Positions 54,356-63,834 of a stretch of 64,000 bases of DNA are shown in pieces. The DNA lies in contig DATJWA010000016.1 of NCBI GenBank assembly GCA_035501555.1, positions 44,316 through 108,315 of the forward strand, written 5' to 3'. The notes under the pieces were generated by a model that was given only the letters and a program-made list of their open reading frames with translations, was not told the DNA's origin and ran no database searches. This DNA is from Thermoplasmata archaeon. GTDB lineage: Archaea; Thermoplasmatota; Thermoplasmata; Lutacidiplasmatales; UBA184. Within the stretch, counting starts at the first letter, position 1; each line of letters opens with the position of its first letter. The translations under genes were made by a program, and so were the position numbers.

Positions 54356-55465
54356 CTAGGCCTCGAGCGCCGCGTCGACATGCGCGGGCCCCCCCGGCTG
54401 CGGACGGGGCAGGGGCTTGGAGGGGTCGACCAGCGGCACCTTGCGGGCGATCTCCCGAGACATCGCGGAGCACGTCGAGACCGCGACCGGGTGCTCGGTG
54501 TACCCTGGCAGAGCGAGGTCGTAGGTGACGACCTTCTTCTCGGCGACCGTCTCCCAGACGGCCCGGAACACCCGCTCGGCCGCCTCCCGCTCGCCGAGAT
54601 GGCGCAGGAGGAGCTCGACGCAGAGGATCTCGGCGACCGGGTCCGCCTTGTCCTGGCCGGCGTACTTGGGAGCCGAGCCGTGGACCGGCTCGAAGACGGC
54701 CAGCGTGTCGCCGTAGAGAGCGCCCGGGGCGATCCCGAGACCGCCGGCGAGCCCCGCGCAGAGGTCCGAGAGGATGTCGCCGAAGAGGTTCGTCGTGATG
54801 ATCACGTCGTACTCGGCCGGCTTCTTCACGAGCTGCATGCACATGTTGTCGATCAGCCGCTCGTCGGAGGTGAGGTCCGGGTACTTCGCCGCCATCTCCC
54901 GGTAGGCGGTCTGGAAGAGCGCCCCAGTCGTCTTCATGATGTTCGCCTTGTGGACGCCGGTCACGTGGTGCCGGTGCTCCCGGCGGGCCATCTCGAAGCC
55001 GAACTTGCAGATCCGGTCGCACGCCTTGCGCGTGATGACGTTCACGGTCTCGCCGGCCGAATGGTCCCGGTCGACCCAGTGCTCCACTCCTGAGTAGAGT
55101 CCCTCGGTCGCCTCACGGACAACGATCAGGTCCGTCTCGGGATACCGGGTCCCCTCGCCCGCGATCGAGCGCGCGGGTCGAACCGAGGCGAACAGGTCGA
55201 GCTCCTGGCGCAGGGCGACGTTGACCGAACGGAACCCGCCCCCGATCGGCGTCGTGATCGGCCCCTTCAGGGCCAGGCGGTTCCGGCGGACCGAGTCGAG
55301 AACCTCGGGGGGCAACGGTGTGCCGTGGGCCCGGATCGCCGCCTCACCGGCCTCTACGACCTCCCAGTCGATGGAGACCCCGGTGGCCTCGGCGACGAGC
55401 CGGGCGGCCTGCGTGACCTCCGGACCGATGCCGTCGCCCGGAATCAAGGTGACCCGATACGCCAT
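54356..55465 (-). CDS. Isocitrate/homoisocitrate/isopropylmalate dehydrogenase-family enzyme (NAD-IDH-like)
   Basis: [43 protein letters not shown] and [23 protein letters not shown]. Confidence 0.9.
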   Translation of the reverse strand: MAYRVTLIPGDGIGPEVTQAARLVAEATGVSIDWEVVEAGEAAIRAHGTPLPPEVLDSVRRNRLALKGPITTPIGGGFRSVNVALRQELDLFASVRPARSIAGEGTRYPETDLIVVREATEGLYSGVEHWVDRDHSAGETVNVITRKACDRICKFGFEMARREHRHHVTGVHKANIMKTTGALFQTAYREMAAKYPDLTSDERLIDNMCMQLVKKPAEYDVIITTNLFGDILSDLCAGLAGGLGIAPGALYGDTLAVFEPVHGSAPKYAGQDKADPVAEILCVELLLRHLGEREAAERVFRAVWETVAEKKVVTYDLALPGYTEHPVAVSTCSAMSREIARKVPLVDPSKPLPRPQPGGPAHVDAALEA

Positions 55466-55498
55466 GACCGTCCCGGCTCGGCCGAGCGTTGCCGAGAT

Positions 55499-56443
55499 TT
55501 AAGGAGCCGGCCGGGACCGCGCGCCCTCGGCCGCCGGGGACGGCGGGGAACGGAGCTGCTCGAGGACCGCACGGGTCACCTTGTCGCGCACCTGGCTCTC
55601 GTCGGAGAGCGTCGTCCAGACGGTAACGACCCCGTCCCAGGTCGTCGGTGCGAGGTCCGTGACCTCGAGCCGCGGCGCGATGGCCGGCGCACTGCCCGAC
55701 GGGAACGCGCGGCCGACCGCGCCGAGGGAGGCCTCGACCAACCCCGGGGTCGTAGCGATAGGGAACGTCATGCGGACCCGGTAGGCGCGCGCTCCCCCCG
55801 GCCGGGGCTGGACGATCAGCGAGCCGAGCACGACCGAGTTCGGCAACTTCGCCGTACCCCCGGAGTCCAGGCCGATCAGGGTGTACACGAGACCCACGTC
55901 CTCGACAACCCCCGAGTAGCTCGGGATCATCGCCTCGTGGGGGTAACTTGGGGCGAGCACACCGAACGCCGAGTTGACGAGGCTCACCCGGTCCCCCGGC
56001 CGGAACGGGTTCGCGACGACGAGGAGGAGCCCAGCGAAGACGTTCGCGAGCACCGTTTGGGACGCCAGACCGAGGACGATCCCCGCGAACGCGCTCCCGA
56101 GGAAGATCGACTCCGCCGACACCCCGGCGAGGTCGGAGAGGGCGAGGATCGCGACCACGGCGACGACGAGGTTCAGGAACAGACGCAGCGTCGCCCCGTG
56201 CTGGTGCTGCCCGCGCTGCCGAAGGACCGCGGACGTCGCGGCCGTGACCGAGCGCGCCGCGGCGTAGGCGACCAGCACGATCGCCCCCGCCTCCAGCAGG
56301 ACGATCTCCGGGCCGGTGAATCCAGAGAGGAGGCGATGGTTGTAGACGGTGAACAAGAGGTAGAGCCCGACCGCGAGCACCGTCACCAGCAGGAGGTTCC
56401 GCCCGAGCCTACGGGGCTCGTGCTCGGCGGGCGGCGTGGCCAT
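55499..56443 (-). CDS. Small-conductance mechanosensitive channel (MscS family)
   Basis: Three N-terminal helices, then LANVFAGLLLVVANPFRPGDRVSL and the beta-domain. Confidence 0.85.
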   Translation of the reverse strand: MATPPAEHEPRRLGRNLLLVTVLAVGLYLLFTVYNHRLLSGFTGPEIVLLEAGAIVLVAYAAARSVTAATSAVLRQRGQHQHGATLRLFLNLVVAVVAILALSDLAGVSAESIFLGSAFAGIVLGLASQTVLANVFAGLLLVVANPFRPGDRVSLVNSAFGVLAPSYPHEAMIPSYSGVVEDVGLVYTLIGLDSGGTAKLPNSVVLGSLIVQPRPGGARAYRVRMTFPIATTPGLVEASLGAVGRAFPSGSAPAIAPRLEVTDLAPTTWDGVVTVWTTLSDESQVRDKVTRAVLEQLRSPPSPAAEGARSRPAP

Positions 56444-56508
56444 GCAGCACGGCAGTCACCCCGCAGGATAGCACTTTTCATTCGCGGTCTCTGACAATAA
56501 TCAGTATT

Positions 56509-56516
56509 CTTATATT
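56509..56516 (+). promoter_or_regulatory. TATA box (cttatatt) about 23-26 nt upstream of the orc1/cdc6-like ATG
   Basis: It lies in the most AT-rich ~65 bp of the window (56470-56535). The spacing fits a leaderless mRNA. Confidence 0.5.
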
Positions 56517-56535
56517 CAAAAGAAATACAGAGGTC

Positions 56536-57747
56536 ATGTACCCCACCCCCCACCCCGAGGTCCTGGCCCGTGACTGGTTGCCGCCGGTCGTCTTGGGGCG
56601 CGAGCGGGAGGTGGCGGAGGCGCTTCGGCGCCTCGACCCGCCCCGCCCGACGTCCCCCCCGCCCTGGGTCGTCGGGGTCGTGGGACCCCCGGGGAGCGGT
56701 ACCAGCTCGATCGCCCGCCGGGCGGCCCGCGGGGTTGCCGACTGCCTCCGACAGGAGGGCGAACGGGTGCATCCCCGGACGCTGTGGGTGCGCACCGCGG
56801 GCTTGCGCGGCACCCACGGGGTCGCCGCCGGCCTGCTCCGCCAGCTGGACGAGGGGTTCGATGGCCGGGGCTTCTCGGTGACCGAGATCGTCGCGGGCCT
56901 CCTGCGACGGCTCCGGCGGGAGGGGCAGCCTGCGGTCGTGGTCCTGGATGACGTGCGGGTCGGCGGCCCCGACCTGGGGCCGCTCCTCAAGGCGCTGGGC
57001 GCACCCGACCGGTTCCTCCCTGAGGGGGAGTACGGTCTTCCCTCGACGTGGACGCTCTTGGCGGGGACGCCGGAGGGTTGGGCCTCCACGCTCGGCCAGA
57101 CCGACGACCCCGCCGCGCTCGGGCGGCCGGTGGGGCTCGTGCCCTACACCGACCACGGACTCAGGTCGATCGTGCGGGACCGGGCGGCCCGAGCCCTCGG
57201 CCGTCCGCCGAGCGAGTGGCTCGTGGGGAAGGTGGTCGATGGGAGCGTCGGCGACGGGGGCGGTGCCCGGCGCGCGCTCGACCTCTTGCGGCGCGAGCTC
57301 CTCGGGACCACGTTCCGACTGGGCACGAACGCGTTCCCGACCGAGCGGCCGGCGGTCGTCGAGGTGGAGTTGAGGGTCGTGCGGGCCATCGAAGCAGCCG
57401 CCCGGGACCGCGAGGCCCGCATCGGGGACGTGCGCCGGCACGAGGCAGAGCTCGCCGTCGCCCAAGGGTCTCCGCCGCTGCCCGCGACCACGCTCTGGCG
57501 CCGGATCGTCCGGCTCGAGCACGCCGGTTACGTGACCCGAGAGGTCCGGCCCGGCGGGGTGGGGGGCACTCGTTCCGTCCTTCGGCTCGTCACTCCCGTG
57601 GACGAGTGGGTCACGACGTCCCATCGCCGGGATACTCGTCGAGTCGCCGGATCGTGGACCGGCCCGTCGCCCGGCCCGCTGCCGGAGCCTCCGGAAGGGG
57701 CTCTGGTGCCGGGAGCGATGCGTCCTCCTTCCGGCCCAACTGGCTGA
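56536..57747 (+). CDS. Orc1/Cdc6-family AAA+ protein, divergent paralog
   Basis: Orc1-type N-terminus (LARDWLPPVVLGREREVAEALRRL), P-loop VGPPGSGTSS, Walker B VVVLDDV and a C-terminal winged helix (RIVRLEHAGYVTREVRPGGVGGTRSVLRL). Confidence 0.75.
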   Translation: MYPTPHPEVLARDWLPPVVLGREREVAEALRRLDPPRPTSPPPWVVGVVGPPGSGTSSIARRAARGVADCLRQEGERVHPRTLWVRTAGLRGTHGVAAGLLRQLDEGFDGRGFSVTEIVAGLLRRLRREGQPAVVVLDDVRVGGPDLGPLLKALGAPDRFLPEGEYGLPSTWTLLAGTPEGWASTLGQTDDPAALGRPVGLVPYTDHGLRSIVRDRAARALGRPPSEWLVGKVVDGSVGDGGGARRALDLLRRELLGTTFRLGTNAFPTERPAVVEVELRVVRAIEAAARDREARIGDVRRHEAELAVAQGSPPLPATTLWRRIVRLEHAGYVTREVRPGGVGGTRSVLRLVTPVDEWVTTSHRRDTRRVAGSWTGPSPGPLPEPPEGALVPGAMRPPSGPTG

Positions 57748-59917
57748 GGACACTGTGGGCCAGCACGGGTGAGCGCAGCGCCCGGGCGACCCGTTCGAGC
57801 GGGGCCTGTCGAATGGCCTCCCGGTCGGCGAACCCGGCCCGGAACAGCATCCGGGCCCGGACCCGACCGATCCCGCGGAGACGCACGAGGTCGAGCAACT
57901 CCTCGCGCGCTCCGTACTGCACCCGGAGCGAGAGGTCGGAGATCGCCCGACCCAGGCGGCGCTGGAACACCGCGGCGAGGCGCCCCGTGGCGAAGAGGAG
58001 CCACTGCGCATCCTCGACCTTCGTCCGAAGGTCCCCGGCTCCGATCCCGAACCGTTCCGTGAGCTCGAGGACGGGGACCTCGTCGATCCACGCCTCGAGG
58101 ATCGTCGCGACCTTCAGGGTCGCGAGGAGGGCGTCGAGGTCGAGGTGGACCGGTGCCTCGTCGGGTTTCACCAACAGCTCCTCGGCCTCGTCCGTGAACC
58201 GGGATAGCAGGTCGGCCTCCTCGCCCCGCCGCAAGTAGAGTGGCGGGAGGTCGGGGGTGGCGGCGATCGCCGCCAGCAGCGCGAACGGAGAGACCCCCAG
58301 CGGGGCGCGCTCCAGGACCTGGCGGAGGACGACCGCGCTCAGGGGGTCGAGGTACATCTCGCTCGTGAGCAGGCCGAACCGCGTCGCCTGGAGACGCCTC
58401 CCCCGCTCGAGGAGGTCGTTCTCCTCGAGGAAGCGACGCACGTTCCGCACCTTCGTCTCGAGCTCGATCAGCGGCAGGGTCCGGCCGTAGAACGTCGCGG
58501 CGAAGAACGAGGTCAACTCCTCGTCGCTCCGGACCGCCCCGCTCGCAGCCAGCGCCAGCACGTGCATCCGGAGTGCAGGCTCCGCGGCGAGCCGGCTCAC
58601 CACGTCCTCCGGGGGGGCGGCCAGGTATCCGTCGAGCAGCCGCTCGATGTCCTCCGGGGTCCGGGCCAGGAGCAGGGCCTCCCCGATCGGGTCGAACCGG
58701 GGCCGACCCGCACGCCCCAGCATCTGGTGCACCTCCCCGGCGGAGATCGGGGCCTGCATCCCGAGACGGTCGTCGTACCGGGTCGTGTCCCGCACGATCA
58801 CCCGTCGGGCCGGCAGGTTGATTCCCGCCGCCAGCGTCGGGGTCGCGACGAGCGCCTTGAGGGTCCGCTCCCGGAACGCCCGCTCGACCACCCGCCGCTC
58901 GGGGGTCGTGAGGGAGGCGTTGTGGAACGCGACGCCCGAGGGAAGAAGACCGTGGAGCCGGCGCATTCCCGCCGTGTCCTCGTCCGAGCCGGCGCTCAGC
59001 TCGTTCGTCCAGGCCAGCGCCGCCGCGCGCTCTTCGGCCGATAGGAGGGGCCGGACGGTCCCGACCAGCGATTCGGCGACCTGTTCGCTCGCCCGCCGGC
59101 TGTTCACGAAGACGAGGGCCTGGCCGCCCTCCTCCACAATGGTCCGGACCAAGCGGGCCACCGGTTCCCCGGGCGGTCCGATCTCCCGATGGGAGAGGTC
59201 CGTGAACAGGATCCGGCCGTCGGAGTAGACCCCCAGCTTGAGGGGTACGGGTCGGAAGTCGCTCGCGATGTGTCGGGCATCCAGCCACTCGGCGACCTCG
59301 CGGGAGTTCCCCACCGTGGCGGAGAGAGCGACCAGCTGGAGGTCGGGATAGGAGCGCCGGAGCCGGGTGAGGGTCACCTCGAGGGTCGGCCCCCGTTCGG
59401 GGTCCCGCATCAGGTGGACCTCGTCCGCGACGACGACGCCCAGCCGGTCGAGCCACGGGCTGCCCCGGCGAAGGAGGCTGTCGGCCTTCTCGCTGGTCGC
59501 GACCAGGACGTCCAAGCGGTCGAGCTGTTCGTTCGACAGGTCGAAGTCCCCCGTGGACTGGCCGACCTTGAGACCCAGCGCCTCGAACTGCCCGAGCTCC
59601 TCGGTCTTCTCCTGCGCCAGGGCGCGCAAGGGGACCATGTATAGGCCGGTGCGACCGGCCCGCACGGCGCGGAGGAGGGCGAGGTAGGCGACGAGCGACT
59701 TGCCGCTCGCGGTCGGGCAGGCGAGCACGACGTTCTCGCCCGCCATCACCGGCCCGAGCGCGGCGGCCTGCGGCGGGAACAGCGACGTGATCCCGTCGTG
59801 CTCCAGCACTCGGCGAAGGTCGTCGTCCAAGGGAAGCTCCGAGAGCGGAACCGACCGCTCCGGGACGGGCGGAGGCCTCGACGGAGCGGGGCGGGCCGAG
59901 CGATGACGGCGGGGCAC
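57611..59917 (-). CDS. hel308: Ski2-like DNA helicase Hel308
   Basis: LSELPLDDDLRRVLEHDGITSLFPPQ, ACPTASGKSLVAYLA, ADEVH, SATVGN and C-terminal ratchet/HhH regions. No ATG lies near the conserved N-terminus, so I place the start at the GTG at 59917, 20 nt after the upstream stop. The rest of the 943-aa ORF is a read-through of the neighbour in another frame. Confidence 0.85.
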   Translation of the reverse strand: MPRRHRSARPAPSRPPPVPERSVPLSELPLDDDLRRVLEHDGITSLFPPQAAALGPVMAGENVVLACPTASGKSLVAYLALLRAVRAGRTGLYMVPLRALAQEKTEELGQFEALGLKVGQSTGDFDLSNEQLDRLDVLVATSEKADSLLRRGSPWLDRLGVVVADEVHLMRDPERGPTLEVTLTRLRRSYPDLQLVALSATVGNSREVAEWLDARHIASDFRPVPLKLGVYSDGRILFTDLSHREIGPPGEPVARLVRTIVEEGGQALVFVNSRRASEQVAESLVGTVRPLLSAEERAAALAWTNELSAGSDEDTAGMRRLHGLLPSGVAFHNASLTTPERRVVERAFRERTLKALVATPTLAAGINLPARRVIVRDTTRYDDRLGMQAPISAGEVHQMLGRAGRPRFDPIGEALLLARTPEDIERLLDGYLAAPPEDVVSRLAAEPALRMHVLALAASGAVRSDEELTSFFAATFYGRTLPLIELETKVRNVRRFLEENDLLERGRRLQATRFGLLTSEMYLDPLSAVVLRQVLERAPLGVSPFALLAAIAATPDLPPLYLRRGEEADLLSRFTDEAEELLVKPDEAPVHLDLDALLATLKVATILEAWIDEVPVLELTERFGIGAGDLRTKVEDAQWLLFATGRLAAVFQRRLGRAISDLSLRVQYGAREELLDLVRLRGIGRVRARMLFRAGFADREAIRQAPLERVARALRSPVLAHSVLSQLGRKEDASLPAPEPLPEAPAAGRATGRSTIRRLDEYPGDGTS

Positions 59918-59939
59918 ACGGCCGGCAGGAGGGTGCAGT

Positions 59940-61103
59940 CTATGCCGTTTGCGACGGACTGGGGGAGAGAAGGCCCCGGCCGAGGATGAGCTCCTGGATC
60001 TCGCTCGTCCCCTCCACGATGGGGAACACCCGGGCGTCGCGGAGCAAGCGACCGGCCGCCGCCGACCCCCGCACCCCCTCGGGCCCGGCCACGTCGACGC
60101 CCGCCGAGGCGATCGACATCGCGGCGCGCGATGCGACCAGCTTCGCCACCGATGCCTCGCGCTCGAAGGAGAGCCCGGCGTCCTTGCGCTCCGCCGCCTG
60201 CTCCACGAGGGCGCGGGCCGCGGCGAGCTCCGAGTAGGCCCGCGCGAGGGCCGTGCGCTTCCACTCCGCTTCGTCGCCGTCGTGCGCGGCCGCCCTTTGC
60301 ATCTCCTCGAACGCGGCGCGTGCGACGCCGAGCGCGCAGCTCGCGATCCCGACGCGTCCCGCCGTGAGCGCCCCCAGGGCGATGTGGAGACCCTCGCCCT
60401 CCCGGCCCAGGAGGCTCTCGGCCGGGAGGCGGACCCCGTCAAAGAGCAGCTCGGTCGTCTCGCTCCCCCGCAGGCCCAGCTTCTCGAACCGCTGGGCGAC
60501 AGAGAATCCGGGGGTCGGGGCCGGGACCAGGAACGCGGAGATCCCCTTGGATTTCAGGTTCGGGTCGCGGGTCGCGAAGACCAGCAGCAGCCCGCCGGTC
60601 GCCGCGTTCGAGATGAACGTCTTGGACCCGGTCAGAACGAACCCGTCGGTGGAGCGCTCGTAGCGGGTTCGCAGGGAGGCGGTATCGGAGCCCGCCCCCG
60701 GCTCCGTGAGGGCGAAGGCGCCGATCCGGTCCCCCCGGGCGAGGGAGGGAAGCCATCGTTCCCGCTGGGCCGGCGTCCCTCGCTCGGCGATCGGCCGTGC
60801 GCAGACGGAGAGGTGGACGGCGACCGTGACGGCCACCGCCGCGCTGGCGGCCGCGAGTTCCTCGAGCACGGCACAGAACGCGCGGGTCGACGCGGGCCTT
60901 CCGCCGAATTCGGTCGGCAGGCCGAGCGCGAGGTACCCCTCGCTCCCCAGCTGCCGCAACAGTTCGGGCGGGAGCCGGTCCTCTCGGTCGATCTCGACGG
61001 CGCGGGGGCGGACCGATCGGGTCGCGAACTCACGGACGCGGGAGCGCTCCGCTTCGGAGGCCGGGTCCGCGGTCCCGTTCACGTCCCAGCCAGCACCACA
61101 CAC
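59940..61103 (-). CDS. Acyl-CoA dehydrogenase
   Basis: GAFALTEPGAGSDTASL, KTFISNA and RVFPIVEGTSEIQELILG. Start at GTG 61103 (or 61082). The upstream 240 codons of the ORF are Arg/Gly-rich and antisense to the NFACT gene. Confidence 0.85.
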   Translation of the reverse strand: MCGAGWDVNGTADPASEAERSRVREFATRSVRPRAVEIDREDRLPPELLRQLGSEGYLALGLPTEFGGRPASTRAFCAVLEELAAASAAVAVTVAVHLSVCARPIAERGTPAQRERWLPSLARGDRIGAFALTEPGAGSDTASLRTRYERSTDGFVLTGSKTFISNAATGGLLLVFATRDPNLKSKGISAFLVPAPTPGFSVAQRFEKLGLRGSETTELLFDGVRLPAESLLGREGEGLHIALGALTAGRVGIASCALGVARAAFEEMQRAAAHDGDEAEWKRTALARAYSELAAARALVEQAAERKDAGLSFEREASVAKLVASRAAMSIASAGVDVAGPEGVRGSAAAGRLLRDARVFPIVEGTSEIQELILGRGLLSPSPSQTA

Positions 61104-61151
61104 ACTTAATGCGTGGCGGCGGGTCGGCCGCACCGCACGCCGGAGGGGGGA

Positions 61152-63050
61152 ATGCCGGGATTGCCGACACCGAAGGACCGGTTCACGGCGCTCGACACCC
61201 TCGCCGTGGTCCGCGAGCTCCGGGCCCGGGCCCGCCCTCGCGTCGACAAGGCATTCGACCTGCCCCAGGGAGGATGGTCGGTCGTCCTCCGCGTCCCGGG
61301 CGAGGGTCGGCTCGAGCTGTTGCTGGTGCCGGGGCGCTACGCCGCCCTCCTCCCGTTCGGCGCCGAGCGGACCGAAGAGCTCTCCCCGTTCGCCCGCGAG
61401 CTCCGTCGCCTCTTGAGCGGTGCCGTGTTGGAACGCGTGACCGAGCCCGCCGGCGAGCGGTACCTCGAACTCGGGCTCACCCGAGGGGATGCCGAGGGGG
61501 GGCTTCGGCTGCTCCTCGAGCTGTTCGGGACCGGCAACCTCGCGGTCGCAGTGGGGGAGAAGATCGTCGCGGTGGCGCACACTCGTCGATGGGCGCACCG
61601 CTCGGTGCGAGTGGGCGCGGAGTACGCTCGCCCGCCGTCGAAGGCCGACCCGTGGTCGATGTCCCCCGAAGGGATCGAGGAGGTCCTGGAACGTTCGCGG
61701 ACCGACCTCACGAGCACGCTGGCCGCCCGGCTGGGCCTCGGGGGTCCCCTGGCGGAAGAGGTCGTCGCCCGGCTCGGGGGCGACGGCACGAGCCCGGCCT
61801 CGGTGGAGGCGGGCCATCGGGCCGCCGCCCTGCACGACGCGCTAGCCCGTCTGCTCGACGAGCTCGGCGAGAAGCCGGTCGGCCACCTTTACCTGCGCGA
61901 GGGGGTCGTCGTGGACGCGACCCCCTACCGCTCGGTCCGTTGGACGGACGTCGACGGAGTGGTGGAGGAGGCGCGACCGACGTTCTCGGAGGCCGCCCAC
62001 GAGTTCTTCCGCACGGTCGTGCCCGCCGCGCCCACGGCCGAGGTGACCCAGGCGCTCGCCGAGCGTCGAGAGGTCGAGCGGATGCTCGCCCAGCAGCGCG
62101 CTGCGGTGGAGGCGCTCGAGGGAGAGGTCGCGGAGCTCCGAACGGACGCGGAGACCATCCTAGCGCACTACGCGGAGGCGGAGGAGGCGGTCGCGAAAGC
62201 ACGGGCCGCGGGGGCGAAGGAGGAGCCCGTGCAGCTCGACCTCGGCGGCCGATCGGTCCGACTTCATCCCCGACGGAGCGCCCGCGAGTCCGCCCAAGAG
62301 CTGTTCGAAGAGTCCAAGCGACGCGCGGCGAAGCTCGCGGGGGCCCGAGCCGCCCTGACCGAGACCGAGGCCCGCGCCGCGGCCCCGCTGTCGGGAGGGG
62401 CGGCGGGCGCGCCGAGCGCTCGGGTCACGCCACCGAGGAAGGTGCTCTGGTTCGAGAAGTTCCGCTGGTTCATCAGCTCGGAGGGCGCGGTCGTCATCGC
62501 CGGCCGGGACGCCGCCTCGAACGACCTGGTCGTTCGGCGGAACCTCAAGGACGGCGACGTCTACCTGCACGCCGACCTCCACGGGGCGGCGAGCGTGATC
62601 GTCAAGCGCCCCCCGCCGGGAGGCCCCGAGGTCACGGAGGTGACCCTGCGGGAGGCCGGCCAGTGGGCGGTCGCCTTCTCGAAGGCGTGGCGCGCCGGAC
62701 TCGCCTCCGCGTCCGCGTTCTGGGTGAACCCGGACCAGGTCTCCAAGTCCGCCGCCTCCGGTGAGTTCGTGCCGAGGGGCGCGTGGGTCGTCCACGGGAC
62801 GAAGCACTTCCTGAAGGACCTGCCCCTGGAGCTCGCGCTCGGGACGGTCCGCTACGAGAAGGAGGAGCGGTGGACCGCGGCGCCCGAGTCGGCGGTCCGC
62901 GCCCGCGGGACGGTACGCATCCTCCTGGTGCCGGGGGAAGACCGGGACCGGGCGGCTGTGGAGGTCGACCTGGCCCGCGAGCTGGGGGTCTCCCGCTCGG
63001 TGCTCCAGTCCCTTCTCCCCGCGGGCGGTCTCTCGGTGCGCCGCGCGTAG
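61152..63050 (+). CDS. NFACT-family protein (RqcH/Tae2/FbpA-like ribosome quality-control factor)
   Basis: N-terminal NFACT-N (DRFTALDTLAVVRELR...), a central coiled coil and NFACT-R/DUF814 (FEKFRWFISSEGAVVIAGRDAASNDLVVRR...DVYLHADLHGAASVIV). Confidence 0.85.
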   Translation: MPGLPTPKDRFTALDTLAVVRELRARARPRVDKAFDLPQGGWSVVLRVPGEGRLELLLVPGRYAALLPFGAERTEELSPFARELRRLLSGAVLERVTEPAGERYLELGLTRGDAEGGLRLLLELFGTGNLAVAVGEKIVAVAHTRRWAHRSVRVGAEYARPPSKADPWSMSPEGIEEVLERSRTDLTSTLAARLGLGGPLAEEVVARLGGDGTSPASVEAGHRAAALHDALARLLDELGEKPVGHLYLREGVVVDATPYRSVRWTDVDGVVEEARPTFSEAAHEFFRTVVPAAPTAEVTQALAERREVERMLAQQRAAVEALEGEVAELRTDAETILAHYAEAEEAVAKARAAGAKEEPVQLDLGGRSVRLHPRRSARESAQELFEESKRRAAKLAGARAALTETEARAAAPLSGGAAGAPSARVTPPRKVLWFEKFRWFISSEGAVVIAGRDAASNDLVVRRNLKDGDVYLHADLHGAASVIVKRPPPGGPEVTEVTLREAGQWAVAFSKAWRAGLASASAFWVNPDQVSKSAASGEFVPRGAWVVHGTKHFLKDLPLELALGTVRYEKEERWTAAPESAVRARGTVRILLVPGEDRDRAAVEVDLARELGVSRSVLQSLLPAGGLSVRRA

Positions 63051-63679
63051 ACCCGCTGGACCTCCGCGGCCGGGAACCGGTCCCCTTCCCGACGCCAGGT
63101 GTGGTTGCGGGCCCGCAACCCGACGATCGTCGCCGAGGTCGTGGGCAGACGGACCGTGCTCCCGACCTCGAGCACGGTCTCCGGACCCACCGGGAGCCGT
63201 CCGGCGCGGGTGAACCGTCCCTCGATGAGGGAGTAGAGCACGAAGGGGCCCGTGGCCCGGACTGCCCAGATCGTCGCGATGTCCCGGATCCGGCCGACGG
63301 AGATGGGGCGTCCGGCACGGTCCTCGATCCGGCGCACTACGAGCGGCTCGGTCGACTCGGGGAGGCCCGAGCCGACCTGGACCTTTCGGTCCGATGGGAG
63401 GGTGACCCGTTGGCGCTCGGAACGCGCACCATCTGAGACGATCAGCCGTGCCTCTCCCGTCTGGGGGAGCGCCGAAGCGAACGGGTGGGAGGTACCGCAG
63501 ACGCGGCACCGGGCGACCCCGCGAACGACCGTCGCTCTCGGGCCGAGCCGCCCGTGCTCGATGTGCAGGATCCGATGGGGGGTTTCCGCCCCGCATACCT
63601 CGCAGCGGATCCGGGCCGAGTGCAATGAAACTCCGTCCGGCGCGGACGGTGCGGAGCTCTCCGGGCGCGGGGCCGCCAT
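62852..63679 (-). CDS. Archaeal zinc-finger protein (COG1326-like): N-terminal CxxC...CxxC ribbon plus beta domain
   Basis: CEVCGAETPH...CRVCGTSHPF followed by a conserved-looking beta domain ending near VQRVYARR. The last ~65 codons overlap the NFACT gene on the other strand and are Arg/Ser-rich. Confidence 0.55.
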   Translation of the reverse strand: MAAPRPESSAPSAPDGVSLHSARIRCEVCGAETPHRILHIEHGRLGPRATVVRGVARCRVCGTSHPFASALPQTGEARLIVSDGARSERQRVTLPSDRKVQVGSGLPESTEPLVVRRIEDRAGRPISVGRIRDIATIWAVRATGPFVLYSLIEGRFTRAGRLPVGPETVLEVGSTVRLPTTSATIVGLRARNHTWRREGDRFPAAEVQRVYARRTERPPAGRRDWSTERETPSSRARSTSTAARSRSSPGTRRMRTVPRARTADSGAAVHRSSFS

Positions 63680-63834
63680 GTCCCGGGGACGCCGTGCGCC
63701 CGACTTGAGCCTTAGCCCCCGCTGGGAGGGGTCCGCGCGCGGGCCTGCCGCTCGGCAGCGAGGAGATTATAGGTGGGGGAGTACCCCTGCATTGGGCCGC
63801 TTCTCCCCCCGGGACCGAGCGGCGGTCGGAGAGC

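Noticed and set aside
56470-56535. AT-rich block next to orc1/cdc6 as a replication origin (DUE plus ORB).
   Set aside because: It is only ~65 bp and is fully explained by two divergent promoters. No repeated ORB or mini-ORB sequences are visible nearby, and the adjacent Orc1 paralog has a degenerate ATPase site.
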